In this document: one piece after another, positions 39,440 through 47,569 of the stretch
Layout of the letters: every line of letters begins with the position of its first letter
Position numbering within the stretch: the stretch's first letter is position 1
Sequence record: LC788708.1
Reading direction: 5' to 3' (one strand)
Length of the DNA stretch: 64,000 bases
DNA from: Escherichia coli phage AZ21
The notes under the pieces: generated by a model
Database searches by the model: none
What the model was told of the DNA's origin: nothing
The model's input: the letters and a program-made list of their open reading frames with translations, nothing else
Translations under genes and position numbers: made by a program

Positions 39440-39955
39440 ATGGCTAAGCAGAAAAACGCAAAAACTCAAGCAGCTCCGGCAGTTAAAACTTTCCCGAAGA
39501 CTGAGGCTAATCGCAAAGCTCGGCTGGAACGTCACCTGCGTAAGCATCCTACAGATGCTCAGGCTGCGCAAGCACTGAATAATCCGGCTCCGATTCGTCA
39601 GAAGCCTAAAGCTAAAAATGCCACCCGTAAATCCTACAAAATGGTTATGTATGTAGAAAATTACGGCCACAAATCTGTCCCAGTTTCCCTGAGCTTTAAC
39701 GCTGGGGCTGAATTGTTCTCTCGTAATGGTATGTCTATGAAAGACTATGAGAAGGCAGTTAACCAGAAGCGTAAACCAACAGCAGATGTATTGCGCGATA
39801 CTCGTGGACAGTTTGGTTCTGTTAAGCCAAGTATCTTTGGCGTAGAGTATAGTAAAGATAATGTTCGTGCTCTGTGTTACGGTGTAGGTATTAAGTTCAC
39901 GGGTGATTCTGCTCGTAAATCTGCTAAACCAGCTCGCAAGCGTAAAGCGAAGTAA
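39440..39955 (+). CDS. Highly basic Lys/Arg/Ala-rich protein (possible nucleic-acid binding)
   Basis: 171 aa; KAKNATRK, ARKSAKPARKRKAK. Confidence 0.5.
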   Translation: MAKQKNAKTQAAPAVKTFPKTEANRKARLERHLRKHPTDAQAAQALNNPAPIRQKPKAKNATRKSYKMVMYVENYGHKSVPVSLSFNAGAELFSRNGMSMKDYEKAVNQKRKPTADVLRDTRGQFGSVKPSIFGVEYSKDNVRALCYGVGIKFTGDSARKSAKPARKRKAK

Positions 39956-39964
39956 TAGATAAAT

Positions 39965-39980
39965 AGGGGCGAAAGCCCCT
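39965..39980 (+). terminator. GNRA-type hairpin (attenuator-like, weak U-tract)
   Basis: aggggcgaaagcccct. Confidence 0.4.
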
Positions 39981-40019
39981 ACAATCGACTAATTCTCTAA
40001 CTAATCAAGGATATTTTTT

Positions 40020-40235
40020 ATGTTCTCTAAGAAACCACGTTCTGTTACTGAAATCGTTGCTTCCTTTACCACTATCACTGATGAGCTTCAAGCTCGTATT
40101 GAGGCTGATCAAAAAATCGCTGCTGATATTCAGAAACAGCAGGAAGAACTCGCTTTAAAGTTGGCTGAAACCAACAAGAGTGAAAAATCTGCCCAAACTA
40201 TTATGGAAAATATCCTTAAACTGCTGGGCAAGTGA
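40020..40235 (+). CDS. Hypothetical protein
   Basis: 71-aa ORF. Confidence 0.45.
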   Translation: MFSKKPRSVTEIVASFTTITDELQARIEADQKIAADIQKQQEELALKLAETNKSEKSAQTIMENILKLLGK

Positions 40236-40243
40236 TTTAAATC

Positions 40244-40270
40244 AGGGGGGGGCGAAAGCCCCTCTTATTT
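40244..40270 (+). terminator. Rho-independent terminator-like hairpin
   Basis: gggggggcgaaagcccctc followed by ttattt. Confidence 0.55.
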
Positions 40271-40279
40271 GGAGAAACT

Positions 40280-40516
40280 ATGCGTAATTTTGTAGCAAAG
40301 AATGATTTTAACCGTGCTAGCACTCATAAGTCCGCTAGAGATTATACACGACTTTCTAGTCATGAGGTAATGGATACCTGTTATGAAGAGCTGGAAGGTA
40401 GCTGGAATGAGTGTCCCGACTTCTCTATGGAAGAGAACTGGGATGTCAGTGAGGATATGCTTCCTGGTTTTAAAGACCCCAAGAAGTGGGAGTCTATTAA
40501 AGAGACAGCTCTTTAA
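40280..40516 (+). CDS. Hypothetical acidic protein
   Basis: 78-aa ORF. Confidence 0.45.
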   Translation: MRNFVAKNDFNRASTHKSARDYTRLSSHEVMDTCYEELEGSWNECPDFSMEENWDVSEDMLPGFKDPKKWESIKETAL

Positions 40517-40544
40517 TAGTTTTCTACACAATAAAGGATAAGTT

Positions 40545-41246
40545 ATGAAAGTAAAACCATTTGGTATGCTAGATATTGAATCTCTAGGAACTCCAGGAGA
40601 TTGTGGTACTACCCATATCGCAATGCCTTCATTCGCTTTTGTGGCTATGCATGGAATTGATAAAGACCCTGATCTAGTATTTGTTACTTTAGATGTACAA
40701 GATCAACTTAATTCTGGTGCCAAAGTTACAGCATCTACTCTAGCATTCTGGATGGATCAGGCTAAACATAGCCCGTCTGCTATCCACATTATGGAAGCTA
40801 TGAATGAGCGTAATCCAAAACTGGTTGCCTTCCAAAATGGTAAACATCATTGCACTAATAAACTTGGCTCTAACCATGCTGCCTTCTCTATGGCTCAAAA
40901 TATTATGGAGTTGGCTCTAGGCGAAAATGCTTTGTATTATGGCAATGGCCCAGAGTTTGATATGACTATCTACTCTGCAAACACTTTCCATGCTGGAACC
41001 AATGAAGAAATAGTTCCGTGGAAATTCTGGAACTTGGGTAATGTTAGATCTCTTCGTAATCTCTGGATGCAAACTGGCTATAGTTATAAAGCTCTAGAAA
41101 CCGAAGGTATTAGCTGGGCAATAGCTAAAATGGAGAAGATGGACACCATTCGTTATGGGATCTATCCGGTTAAGCACGACCCAGCATTCGATGCCCTAGT
41201 TGAGAGCTATTGTGTTGCAGCTATGATCGAAAAAATGAAAATTTGA
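40545..41246 (+). CDS. Putative DEDDh 3'-5' exonuclease (Rv2179c-like)
   Basis: N-terminal MLDIESLGT (Exo I), YGNGPEFD (Exo II), KHDPAFDAL (Exo III HxAxxD). Confidence 0.5.
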   Translation: MKVKPFGMLDIESLGTPGDCGTTHIAMPSFAFVAMHGIDKDPDLVFVTLDVQDQLNSGAKVTASTLAFWMDQAKHSPSAIHIMEAMNERNPKLVAFQNGKHHCTNKLGSNHAAFSMAQNIMELALGENALYYGNGPEFDMTIYSANTFHAGTNEEIVPWKFWNLGNVRSLRNLWMQTGYSYKALETEGISWAIAKMEKMDTIRYGIYPVKHDPAFDALVESYCVAAMIEKMKI

Positions 41247-41247
41247 T

Positions 41248-41276
41248 TTGCTTCCGGCTCCAAAATTCTGTATAAT
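41248..41276 (+). promoter_or_regulatory. Sigma70-type early promoter
   Basis: ttgctt-17 nt-tataat-atattcataaatttgag. Confidence 0.65.
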
Positions 41277-41316
41277 ATATTCATAAATTTGAGAAAACAA
41301 TAAAAGGAAAACAAAT

Positions 41317-41499
41317 ATGCCAGTATCTAAAAATGTTCGTAAAAATGGTAAGAAAGCTACTCGTAATCTGGGTATCCGTCGTATGGCTGAACGTCAATCA
41401 GGTATCCAGAAAATCTTTGATCTGCTAAATCGTGCTAATCCTAAAATTGATAACAGTAACGATACTGTTCTGCGCACCCTGCTGGCAATTGGTCTGTAA
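41317..41499 (+). CDS. Hypothetical small basic protein
   Basis: 60-aa ORF. Confidence 0.45.
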   Translation: MPVSKNVRKNGKKATRNLGIRRMAERQSGIQKIFDLLNRANPKIDNSNDTVLRTLLAIGL

Positions 41500-41552
41500 T
41501 AGACCAAATTTAAACAAATTCAAATCTCAAACTTCATATAAGGAAGCAAATA

Positions 41553-42191
41553 ATGACTACTCGTATCTCTAAAACTCGCGCTCTGGCAACTATCAAATCT
41601 CTGGAAGCTAAAATCCGTAAAGCTACTGAACAACAGCTTCTGATCGCTGTTGGTGAAGGTAAGGATAAAAACCAGGTTGTAGTTGGCGCTGCAATCGAAG
41701 TAGATGCCCTGTCTACTCGTATTAAAACTGATTTCCAATCTCTGCTGGATATGATGTCTCAGCGTGATCGTATTAAATCTGCTCTGATTAAGAGCAATGC
41801 AGAAACAATCGTTGAGATTGGTTCTCGTAAGATGACTGTTGCGGAAGCAATTGAAGCTAAGCGTTCTATGGAGCTTAAAGCTCAGCTGCTGGCTAACATG
41901 CGTAAGCAGTTCCATGCCGCTACGATTAAGTTTAATACGCAGAAAGCACAGTTTGATGCTAAATATGAGCGTTTGCAGGATAGCATGGCTACCCGCGATA
42001 AGAAAACTTCCGAAGATGAAGTTAAAATGCAGCTCAATCTGCTGGAACTCAAGAATACTCCATTCTTGATTGATCCGCTGGAACTGGAGAAGCTGATTAA
42101 GCAGCATGACGAGGAATACCAGGACTTTGCAACAAATGTTGACTTTGTTCTATCCGAGTCTAACGCCTCTACCTTCATTGAAGTAGAGTAA
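41553..42191 (+). CDS. Hypothetical coiled-coil protein
   Basis: 212 aa; RBS aaggaagcaaataATG. Confidence 0.5.
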   Translation: MTTRISKTRALATIKSLEAKIRKATEQQLLIAVGEGKDKNQVVVGAAIEVDALSTRIKTDFQSLLDMMSQRDRIKSALIKSNAETIVEIGSRKMTVAEAIEAKRSMELKAQLLANMRKQFHAATIKFNTQKAQFDAKYERLQDSMATRDKKTSEDEVKMQLNLLELKNTPFLIDPLELEKLIKQHDEEYQDFATNVDFVLSESNASTFIEVE

Positions 42192-42574
42192 TAATTTAAA
42201 AGCTAGTAAATCGGTAGACGAAAGCCCAAGCATCTTACCTCGCAGCAGCGGTTGAAATACGAGGTTAAATAAGACCGCTGACCATACTATAAAGTATAAT
42301 CTATTGGAGATTATGTTTATTACACCAGCCTCTTAAGCTGACACGTAAGAACAAAGCGTCGTTGATATTACCGACACAACTTCAAAGATCAACATTTAAG
42401 TATGAAAGCTGAAAAGTTTAAAGAACTCAAACTTCTAAACTTCTAAAGCTAAAAGATGCAAAGTATTCGTTGATGATTCAAACCCTAGATCAAAGGTACA
42501 TGGCTCATAAGATATGGCCTGTGGCGCCTCTAGGCTGTTTATCGGTTTACTAGTTTCACAATTTAAAAATGTAT

Positions 42575-42603
42575 TTGCTAATTTACTAAGTTATCTGTAT
42601 AAT
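42575..42603 (+). promoter_or_regulatory. Sigma70-type early promoter
   Basis: ttgcta-17 nt-tataat-atatttttaaattgatgaaacgagg. Confidence 0.65.
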
Positions 42604-42633
42604 ATATTTTTAAATTGATGAAACGAGGCTATT

Positions 42634-42951
42634 ATGACTTTTCATATTTTGATTGATGATGTGCGTAATCTTCACGGAATGGACATTATCATTCGAACCC
42701 CAGAAGCCGCTGTAGAGTTTCTGAATAAAACTGATACCACAGGCCACTTCGTTTATATGGATAATGACTTGGCTGTAGATGGTATGGAAGGTTATCAAAT
42801 TCTTCGTTTACTCTTAGAATTTGGGCAGAGACCAAAGAAAGTGGTACTAGTAACCTCAAACCCAGTAGCTAAGCAAAATATGCGTAATGATTTGCTTGAC
42901 TTAGGGTATAAAGAAAATCCCAATCGTGTTGAATATGATTGGCAGGAGTAA
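42634..42951 (+). CDS. Stand-alone receiver (REC/CheY-like) domain protein
   Basis: 105 aa; HILIDD (beta1 acidic pair), FVYMDNDLAVDGMEG (beta3 Asp), VVLVTSNP (beta4 Thr/Ser), YKENP (beta5 Lys). Confidence 0.4.
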   Translation: MTFHILIDDVRNLHGMDIIIRTPEAAVEFLNKTDTTGHFVYMDNDLAVDGMEGYQILRLLLEFGQRPKKVVLVTSNPVAKQNMRNDLLDLGYKENPNRVEYDWQE

Positions 42952-42956
42952 AAAGA

Positions 42957-43406
42957 ATGAAGGCAGCTTTGCTTTTAGTAGCTGCCCTTACCTTCAGCTT
43001 TAGTAGTCAGGCATCGCACGATGCAAAAGAAATAGATTGCATTGCTAAAAATATCTATTTCGAGAGTCGCGGTGAGGGCATAAAGGGAATGACGGCGGTT
43101 GCACATGTTACTAAAAACCGTGTAAACTCCGGTAAATTCCCAGATTCCTACTGTAAAGTAGTATATCAGTCTAACCAGTTCTCTTGGGTATCTAAGAGAC
43201 CAAAAGTTGATAAAACTGATGAGGCTTGGCAAACCGCTAAGAATTTAGCTAGAGTGATATACTACGTTGATTTACCACAAGATCCTACGTATGGAGCACT
43301 ATACTTCCATAGTGGTAAAGATAAACCTTACTGGACAAAGAAGTTTAAGAAAACAACTAAGATTAAGGGACATACGTTTTATAAACCTGTTGTCACTAAA
43401 ACTTAA
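42957..43406 (+). CDS. Secreted SleB-like cell-wall hydrolase
   Basis: Signal peptide MKAALLLVAALTFSFSSQA; IAKNIYFESRGEG...AVAHVTKNRV...YCKVVYQSNQFSW matches SleB/Hydrolase_2 family. Confidence 0.65.
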   Translation: MKAALLLVAALTFSFSSQASHDAKEIDCIAKNIYFESRGEGIKGMTAVAHVTKNRVNSGKFPDSYCKVVYQSNQFSWVSKRPKVDKTDEAWQTAKNLARVIYYVDLPQDPTYGALYFHSGKDKPYWTKKFKKTTKIKGHTFYKPVVTKT

Positions 43407-43414
43407 AAATTTAC

Positions 43415-43443
43415 TTGCTTAGCTACTTAAATTTCTGTATAAT
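43415..43443 (+). promoter_or_regulatory. Sigma70-type early promoter
   Basis: ttgctt-agctacttaaatttctg-tataat-actttcataaattaatgagaggaag. Confidence 0.7.
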
Positions 43444-43474
43444 ACTTTCATAAATTAATGAGAGGAAGCGAAAT

Positions 43475-43645
43475 ATGAAATCAGTTGTAATTATTGGTGT
43501 TAACACTCGCGGTATTCGTACTACGAAAACTGTTAAAACTTCTAACGTTGCTGAAATCACTACGAACCCTAAAAAGTTTGATTTCGCCAAAGTCTCAGCA
43601 GTTATGACAGAACAATCTTTTAACCAAGCATTGGGGATGAAATAA
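43475..43645 (+). CDS. Hypothetical small protein (56 aa)
   Basis: ATG 10 nt after RBS gagaggaag; stop overlaps next start (TAATG); below the ORF-track size cutoff. Confidence 0.45.
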   Translation: MKSVVIIGVNTRGIRTTKTVKTSNVAEITTNPKKFDFAKVSAVMTEQSFNQALGMK

Positions 43646-44079
43646 TGGGTGAAAATATTCTAATGACCCTTCGTGGACTGCTTAGTCTAGCACGTACCCA
43701 CGGTGATAAGGAGAGGGCACTTAATCTTCAGACCATGATTGGTGATCTGCAACGTATTGATAAAGACATTGTTACTCGAACCGAGTTCGTAGCCTATCTG
43801 AAAGCTCAGATTAAGGCTCTAGAAAATGCAAAACAACGCGCTATTAAAGTTGGTACGGAAGTTCCTACTGATGTAGACTATGAGCAACTGCTTTATTCCA
43901 TGCTGCAAGAGTATCAGCCAAGTCAACTGACTGAAGTTCAGATTCGTGAGTATTTTGCAGAACTGGTTAAATTAAACCCAGGTATTACCAAAGCTCTATT
44001 AATGAAAACTATTAAGGCAGAATTTCCTGGACGTTATGACGGTAAAACAACTGCTTTGATTGCTAGTGAATTTTTCTAA
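43645..44079 (+). CDS. Hypothetical protein
   Basis: 144-aa ORF translationally coupled to the preceding small ORF. Confidence 0.5.
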   Translation: MGENILMTLRGLLSLARTHGDKERALNLQTMIGDLQRIDKDIVTRTEFVAYLKAQIKALENAKQRAIKVGTEVPTDVDYEQLLYSMLQEYQPSQLTEVQIREYFAELVKLNPGITKALLMKTIKAEFPGRYDGKTTALIASEFF

Positions 44080-44087
44080 AAATTCAC

Positions 44088-44116
44088 TTGCTAAATGCTT
44101 ATAAATTCTATATAAT
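44088..44116 (+). promoter_or_regulatory. Sigma70-type promoter heading the tRNA island
   Basis: ttgcta-17 nt-tataat-atattcataaatt followed by inverted repeat aattagatg...catctaatt. Confidence 0.65.
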
Positions 44117-44193
44117 ATATTCATAAATTAGATGATAATTAGGCATCTAATTTATAAATAGTGGGGTGTGGAAATCACTTATGTAGTAACACT

Positions 44194-44265
44194 GCCGTCC
44201 TAGTATAATTGGTATTATCAAGCCGTAACTGGTGGAAGATGTAGGTTCGAATCCTACGGTCGGTA
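44194..44265 (+). tRNA. tRNA-like gene with canonical T-arm but irregular acceptor/anticodon arms (possible degenerate tRNA)
   Basis: T-arm gtagg-ttcgaat-cctac and D-loop aattgg are present; acceptor gccgtcc/ggtcggt has one U-U mismatch; best anticodon stem has only 4 bp (loop gccgtaa); no encoded CCA. Confidence 0.4.
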
Positions 44266-44767
44266 AGAACTGGATAACTGATGCTTTTAACGTAAAAGCT
44301 TCCGAGGTTAGTTGCGCACTGCCTAAACCACGCGGTAGTTGGTTCCAGACTAACCAACCAGTCTGCTGAATAGTTTTATTACGATTTAACTATGTCCAGG
44401 CTAAAGAAGAACTTTAGAAGGTATTCTAGGATAGTGAAGTTCTTTCTCCACATCGGAGTAGTTTTTCAAGCTATCCACAAAGTGGGAAATGCTGACATGA
44501 GAGATGTCACTAATGGTGCACAATAGCACAGGTAATTCGCGATAATTCCTGTTGAGTAGCAGCAAAAGGCGGGAAGTCATGACCCCAAGCCTAACCGAGT
44601 CCTCAATATACCGCAGGGCATAACCACTAAGTCACCCTGACTTAAACTGGAAAATAATAGACGTTACTGTATTTTGTCTTGAAATACTTAATGAGTGAGA
44701 CTTATGACTCTCCCGGTATCGTCTGTATTTTTAAGAGTTTTTACGAGAGTTCTTAAAAATACTTAAA

Positions 44768-44842
44768 CGGGGTGTAGTCTAAGGGAGAGGCAGGAGTCTT
44801 CTAAATTCCTTTATGCAGGTTCGAATCCTGTCACCTCGGCCA
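44768..44842 (+). tRNA. tRNA-Arg (anticodon UCU)
   Basis: Acceptor cggggtg/cacctcg, D-stem gtct/aggc, anticodon stem ggagt/attcc with loop cTTCTAa, T-arm gcagg-ttcgaat-cctgt, discriminator g, encoded CCA. Confidence 0.8.
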
Positions 44843-44876
44843 ATTTTATTAACTGTAACTAAAACAAAGGAAACAT

Positions 44877-45824
44877 ATGTTTAATACTAAAAATATGAAA
44901 GAATTGACTTCTGAGCAGAAAGTAATTCGTACTATTAAACGTTGGGGTATTGGTGCTGTAGTTGGTTTAGCAGGTTTAATCCTAGCTTTTAATTCGTATA
45001 CCATTGTTTCTGATGGTACGGTTAAAACCCAAACATTCCTGGGTAAAGTAGACCCTAATCCAGTATTACCTGGTTTCCATCTTGTAAACCCGTTTGCATC
45101 TTTCGATACTTTTAGTACGAAAGATATTTCTATGAAACTGGATAAACTTCAGGTTCCTAGCCAGGATAAGTTTAAGTCTACAGTTGACATTACCGTTATG
45201 TTGCAGTTTGATGGTGCTAAAGCTCCTATTAACCGTGTTAACGCAGGTACTCAGGATCAAGCTCTGAACAAGTACGTTGAAGAGAAGATGCTGTCTACGA
45301 TTCGTGAGTTTGGTAAGTCTGTACCAAAAGCACAAGATCTGTTCGACGCTAAGATTCAGGCTCAACTGCAAACCGCTATTCAGCAAGAAGTAGAAGAGTA
45401 TGCGCGTCCTTATGGCTACACCGTTAAGCAAGTATTCCTTCAGGATATTACTCTGCCACCGGTAATCATGGAACAGGTACAAAACACCAAAGTTCGTGAA
45501 GAACAAGTTAACGCTGCAAAAGCTGAACTAGCTCGTGTTGAACAAGAAGCACAGCAGAAAGTTAAGCAAGCTGAGGCTGATCGTTCTGCTCGTGAAAATA
45601 TGGCAGTAGCTAACGAACGTGACGCAGATGCTAAACTGTATGCGGCTAAGAAAGAAGCTGAAGCTAACACCGCTCTGCAGCGTACCATCACTCCAGAGAT
45701 GATTCGCTGGAAACAGCTGGAAGTTGATATGAAACGCGCTGAAAAATATCAGGGTGGCGTTCCTCAGACTGTTGTAGGTACTGGTTATGATGGCCAGATG
45801 ATTATGGATATGCGTAATAAGTAA
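44877..45824 (+). CDS. SPFH/band-7 (prohibitin/HflC-like) membrane protein
   Basis: 315 aa; N-terminal TM helix IGAVVGLAGLILAF, SPFH core, C-terminal coiled-coil. Confidence 0.65.
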   Translation: MFNTKNMKELTSEQKVIRTIKRWGIGAVVGLAGLILAFNSYTIVSDGTVKTQTFLGKVDPNPVLPGFHLVNPFASFDTFSTKDISMKLDKLQVPSQDKFKSTVDITVMLQFDGAKAPINRVNAGTQDQALNKYVEEKMLSTIREFGKSVPKAQDLFDAKIQAQLQTAIQQEVEEYARPYGYTVKQVFLQDITLPPVIMEQVQNTKVREEQVNAAKAELARVEQEAQQKVKQAEADRSARENMAVANERDADAKLYAAKKEAEANTALQRTITPEMIRWKQLEVDMKRAEKYQGGVPQTVVGTGYDGQMIMDMRNK

Positions 45825-45847
45825 TAGTTACACGTAATCTTCGAAAC

Positions 45848-45882
45848 AAGCCCGCGTTTCCTCCGAGAGCGCGGGCTTTTCT
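45848..45882 (+). terminator. Rho-independent terminator
   Basis: aagcccgcg-loop-cgcgggctt followed by ttctg. Confidence 0.7.
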
Positions 45883-46027
45883 GTATTTAAGGCAAAAGAA
45901 AAGCCCATAAGTTATTCAACTAAGGTCTTTAGTACTTAATTCTTTAGAATCATATACTATTATTGCAGCAACAACGTGCTACCACTAAATGCCCTACGAT
46001 TTTCCTCTAAAAAGTTAAAAAATTCGA

Positions 46028-46056
46028 TTGCTTGAATGCTAAATTCTCTGTATAAT
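46028..46056 (+). promoter_or_regulatory. Sigma70-type early promoter
   Basis: ttgctt-17 nt-tataat-atatttataaatttgagagagg. Confidence 0.7.
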
Positions 46057-46086
46057 ATATTTATAAATTTGAGAGAGGAATCAAAT

Positions 46087-46383
46087 ATGAAACGCATTGT
46101 ACTTGCATTGACTCTAGTATCTACTTCTGTATTTGCTGCTCCACAACAGGAACTTTGTCAAGTTCAAGTTTGTAATAAGCTAGAACGATTTACTTTGGAT
46201 ATTTGGTCACACATTAAAGATAATATGGGTGAGCAATGTTTTGATATTGTTCTGCCAAAAGAACAAGCTGTTCCTGGTGCTGTTCTCAGCTCAGAATCAC
46301 GTTGGTGGCAAGGTTCTTCTATCAATCCAACTAAGAAGTCAGTGACACGTATCAAACAAGTGTATCAGTGCAGTGTTCAGTAA
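46087..46383 (+). CDS. Small secreted Cys-containing protein
   Basis: Signal peptide MKRIVLALTLVSTSVFAAPQ; 98 aa; start at ATG with RBS gagagagg. Confidence 0.5.
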   Translation: MKRIVLALTLVSTSVFAAPQQELCQVQVCNKLERFTLDIWSHIKDNMGEQCFDIVLPKEQAVPGAVLSSESRWWQGSSINPTKKSVTRIKQVYQCSVQ

Positions 46384-46391
46384 AATTTCAC

Positions 46392-46420
46392 TTGCTTAAT
46401 GCCGAAATTTTCTATATAAT
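46392..46420 (+). promoter_or_regulatory. Sigma70-type early promoter
   Basis: ttgctt-17 nt-tataat. Confidence 0.65.
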
Positions 46421-46451
46421 ATATTCTATAAATTATAGATAGGAGTCATAT

Positions 46452-46970
46452 ATGACTGTTGACGAGTTAAAACAACATCTTTTATCTAGGGGCTTTGATA
46501 GTGATAAGTATCACTGTTGGCTCTCTCCACATGGATGGTTAACAGTTCCACTGTATGATTTCTCTGGCATGTTACGTGGATATCAAACATATAACCCTAG
46601 TGCAGCTAAAGGTCATGGAAAATGTCCTTCTGAAGCTAAATATTTTACGCATTCTTCTACTCAATGTCTATGGGGTTTAGAAACTCTTACAGGTAATGAA
46701 GACCTAGTATTAGTTGCAGAATCTGTATTTAAAGCTGTGGCACTACACAACGCGGGATATCCCGCACTAGCAATGCTAGGATCTTCCCCTAGCAAAGCAC
46801 TGCTAAAGCAGCTAAAATTACAACCTTTTAAAGTAGTAGCCGTAGGCGATAATGATTCTGCTGGTGAGAAGTTTGCTAAAAAACTAAATGGGTTTACTTC
46901 CCTCATGGATTTAGATGAAATGAATACAGAAAACTTGAAAAATTTTCTTGCCATGAAGCTAAATTTCTAA
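46452..46970 (+). CDS. Hypothetical protein with TOPRIM-like segment
   Basis: 172 aa; LVLVAESVFKAVAL...VVAVGDNDSAGEKFAKKL resembles TOPRIM acidic motifs; the downstream tRNA promoter -35 lies within its 3' end. Confidence 0.4.
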   Translation: MTVDELKQHLLSRGFDSDKYHCWLSPHGWLTVPLYDFSGMLRGYQTYNPSAAKGHGKCPSEAKYFTHSSTQCLWGLETLTGNEDLVLVAESVFKAVALHNAGYPALAMLGSSPSKALLKQLKLQPFKVVAVGDNDSAGEKFAKKLNGFTSLMDLDEMNTENLKNFLAMKLNF

Positions 46971-46976
46971 TATAAT
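46948..46976 (+). promoter_or_regulatory. Sigma70-type promoter for tRNA-Ser/tRNA-Met pair
   Basis: ttgcca-17 nt-tataat-atattcataaattt immediately followed by the tRNA 5' end. Confidence 0.65.
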
Positions 46977-46990
46977 ATATTCATAAATTT

Positions 46991-47084
46991 GGAAGATTAA
47001 CCCTAAAGGTAAGGGAGCTGTTTGCTAAACAGCCAGTAGCTGTGGAGACACGGTGTGCCAGTTCGAATCTGGCATCTTCCTCCA
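46991..47084 (+). tRNA. tRNA-Ser (anticodon GCU), class II with long variable arm
   Basis: Acceptor ggaagat/atcttcc (7 bp), anticodon stem gctgt/acagc with loop tTGCTaa, long variable arm, T-arm gccag-ttcgaat-ctggc, encoded CCA. Confidence 0.8.
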
Positions 47085-47089
47085 AATTT

Positions 47090-47167
47090 GGTTCTCAAGC
47101 TCATTTGGTATGAGCCGTCGCCTCATAAGCGAAAGGTAGGCAGGTTCGAATCCTCCGGGAGCCACCA
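47090..47167 (+). tRNA. tRNA with CAU anticodon (Met or Ile-lysidine type)
   Basis: Acceptor ggttctc/gggagcc, D-stem gctc/gagc, anticodon loop cTCATaa, T-loop ttcgaat, encoded CCA; one non-WC pair in each of the anticodon and T stems. Confidence 0.6.
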
Positions 47168-47186
47168 AATTAAATAAGGACAACTA

Positions 47187-47375
47187 ATGGAATTATTCAT
47201 AGTTTCTATTAAATTTGCACAAGATAGAGAACATTCGGACGAGTTTAAACAAGGGTACAGACTAGTAAAGGCTACATCTGAACTACATGCTATGGACAAA
47301 GTAGTAGACTATATGTATAAAGTAGAAGACGTTTACTACGTCAATGCTTTAGAAGCCTCAAAAGTAATTAACTAG
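47187..47375 (+). CDS. Hypothetical protein
   Basis: 62-aa ORF with RBS aaggacaactaATG. Confidence 0.45.
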   Translation: MELFIVSIKFAQDREHSDEFKQGYRLVKATSELHAMDKVVDYMYKVEDVYYVNALEASKVIN

Positions 47376-47383
47376 GAGACTAT

Positions 47384-47569
47384 ATGTCCAAATTTCAAGA
47401 ACTCAAGCAAGAGCTAGAAGAGTGTGCCTGCCCAAAATGCTTCGGAGTAGGTGAGTGGAACGATGCTGAACCCGGTGATACACGGTATAATACATACGTT
47501 TGTACATATTGTAATGGTTCTGGTATTAATCCTGAATGTGGTATTTCTCTAGACATTGAGCGAGGTTAA
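47384..47569 (+). CDS. Small zinc-ribbon-like Cys-rich protein
   Basis: 61 aa; CACPKCFG ... CTYCNGSG. Confidence 0.45.
   Translation: MSKFQELKQELEECACPKCFGVGEWNDAEPGDTRYNTYVCTYCNGSGINPECGISLDIERG

Noticed and set aside
39965-39980. GNRA-loop hairpin aggggcgaaagcccct as a ribozyme or riboswitch element
   Set aside because: Too short and not followed by a conserved structure; the same gggcgaaagccc hairpin recurs at 40244..40270 followed by a T-run, so it is most simply a terminator/attenuator stem.
41520-42107. 195-aa minus-strand ORF
   Set aside because: Antisense to the plus-strand gene 41553..42191, which has a strong RBS and fits the operon direction; Leu/Phe-rich translation typical of a shadow ORF.
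44175-44357. 60-aa minus-strand ORF
   Set aside because: Overlaps the tRNA-like element and spacer in the tRNA island; no RBS; most likely a chance ORF.
45066-45691. Minus-strand ORFs 45066..45506 and 45440..45691
   Set aside because: Antisense to the SPFH gene; the second is Ala/Ser/Cys low-complexity.
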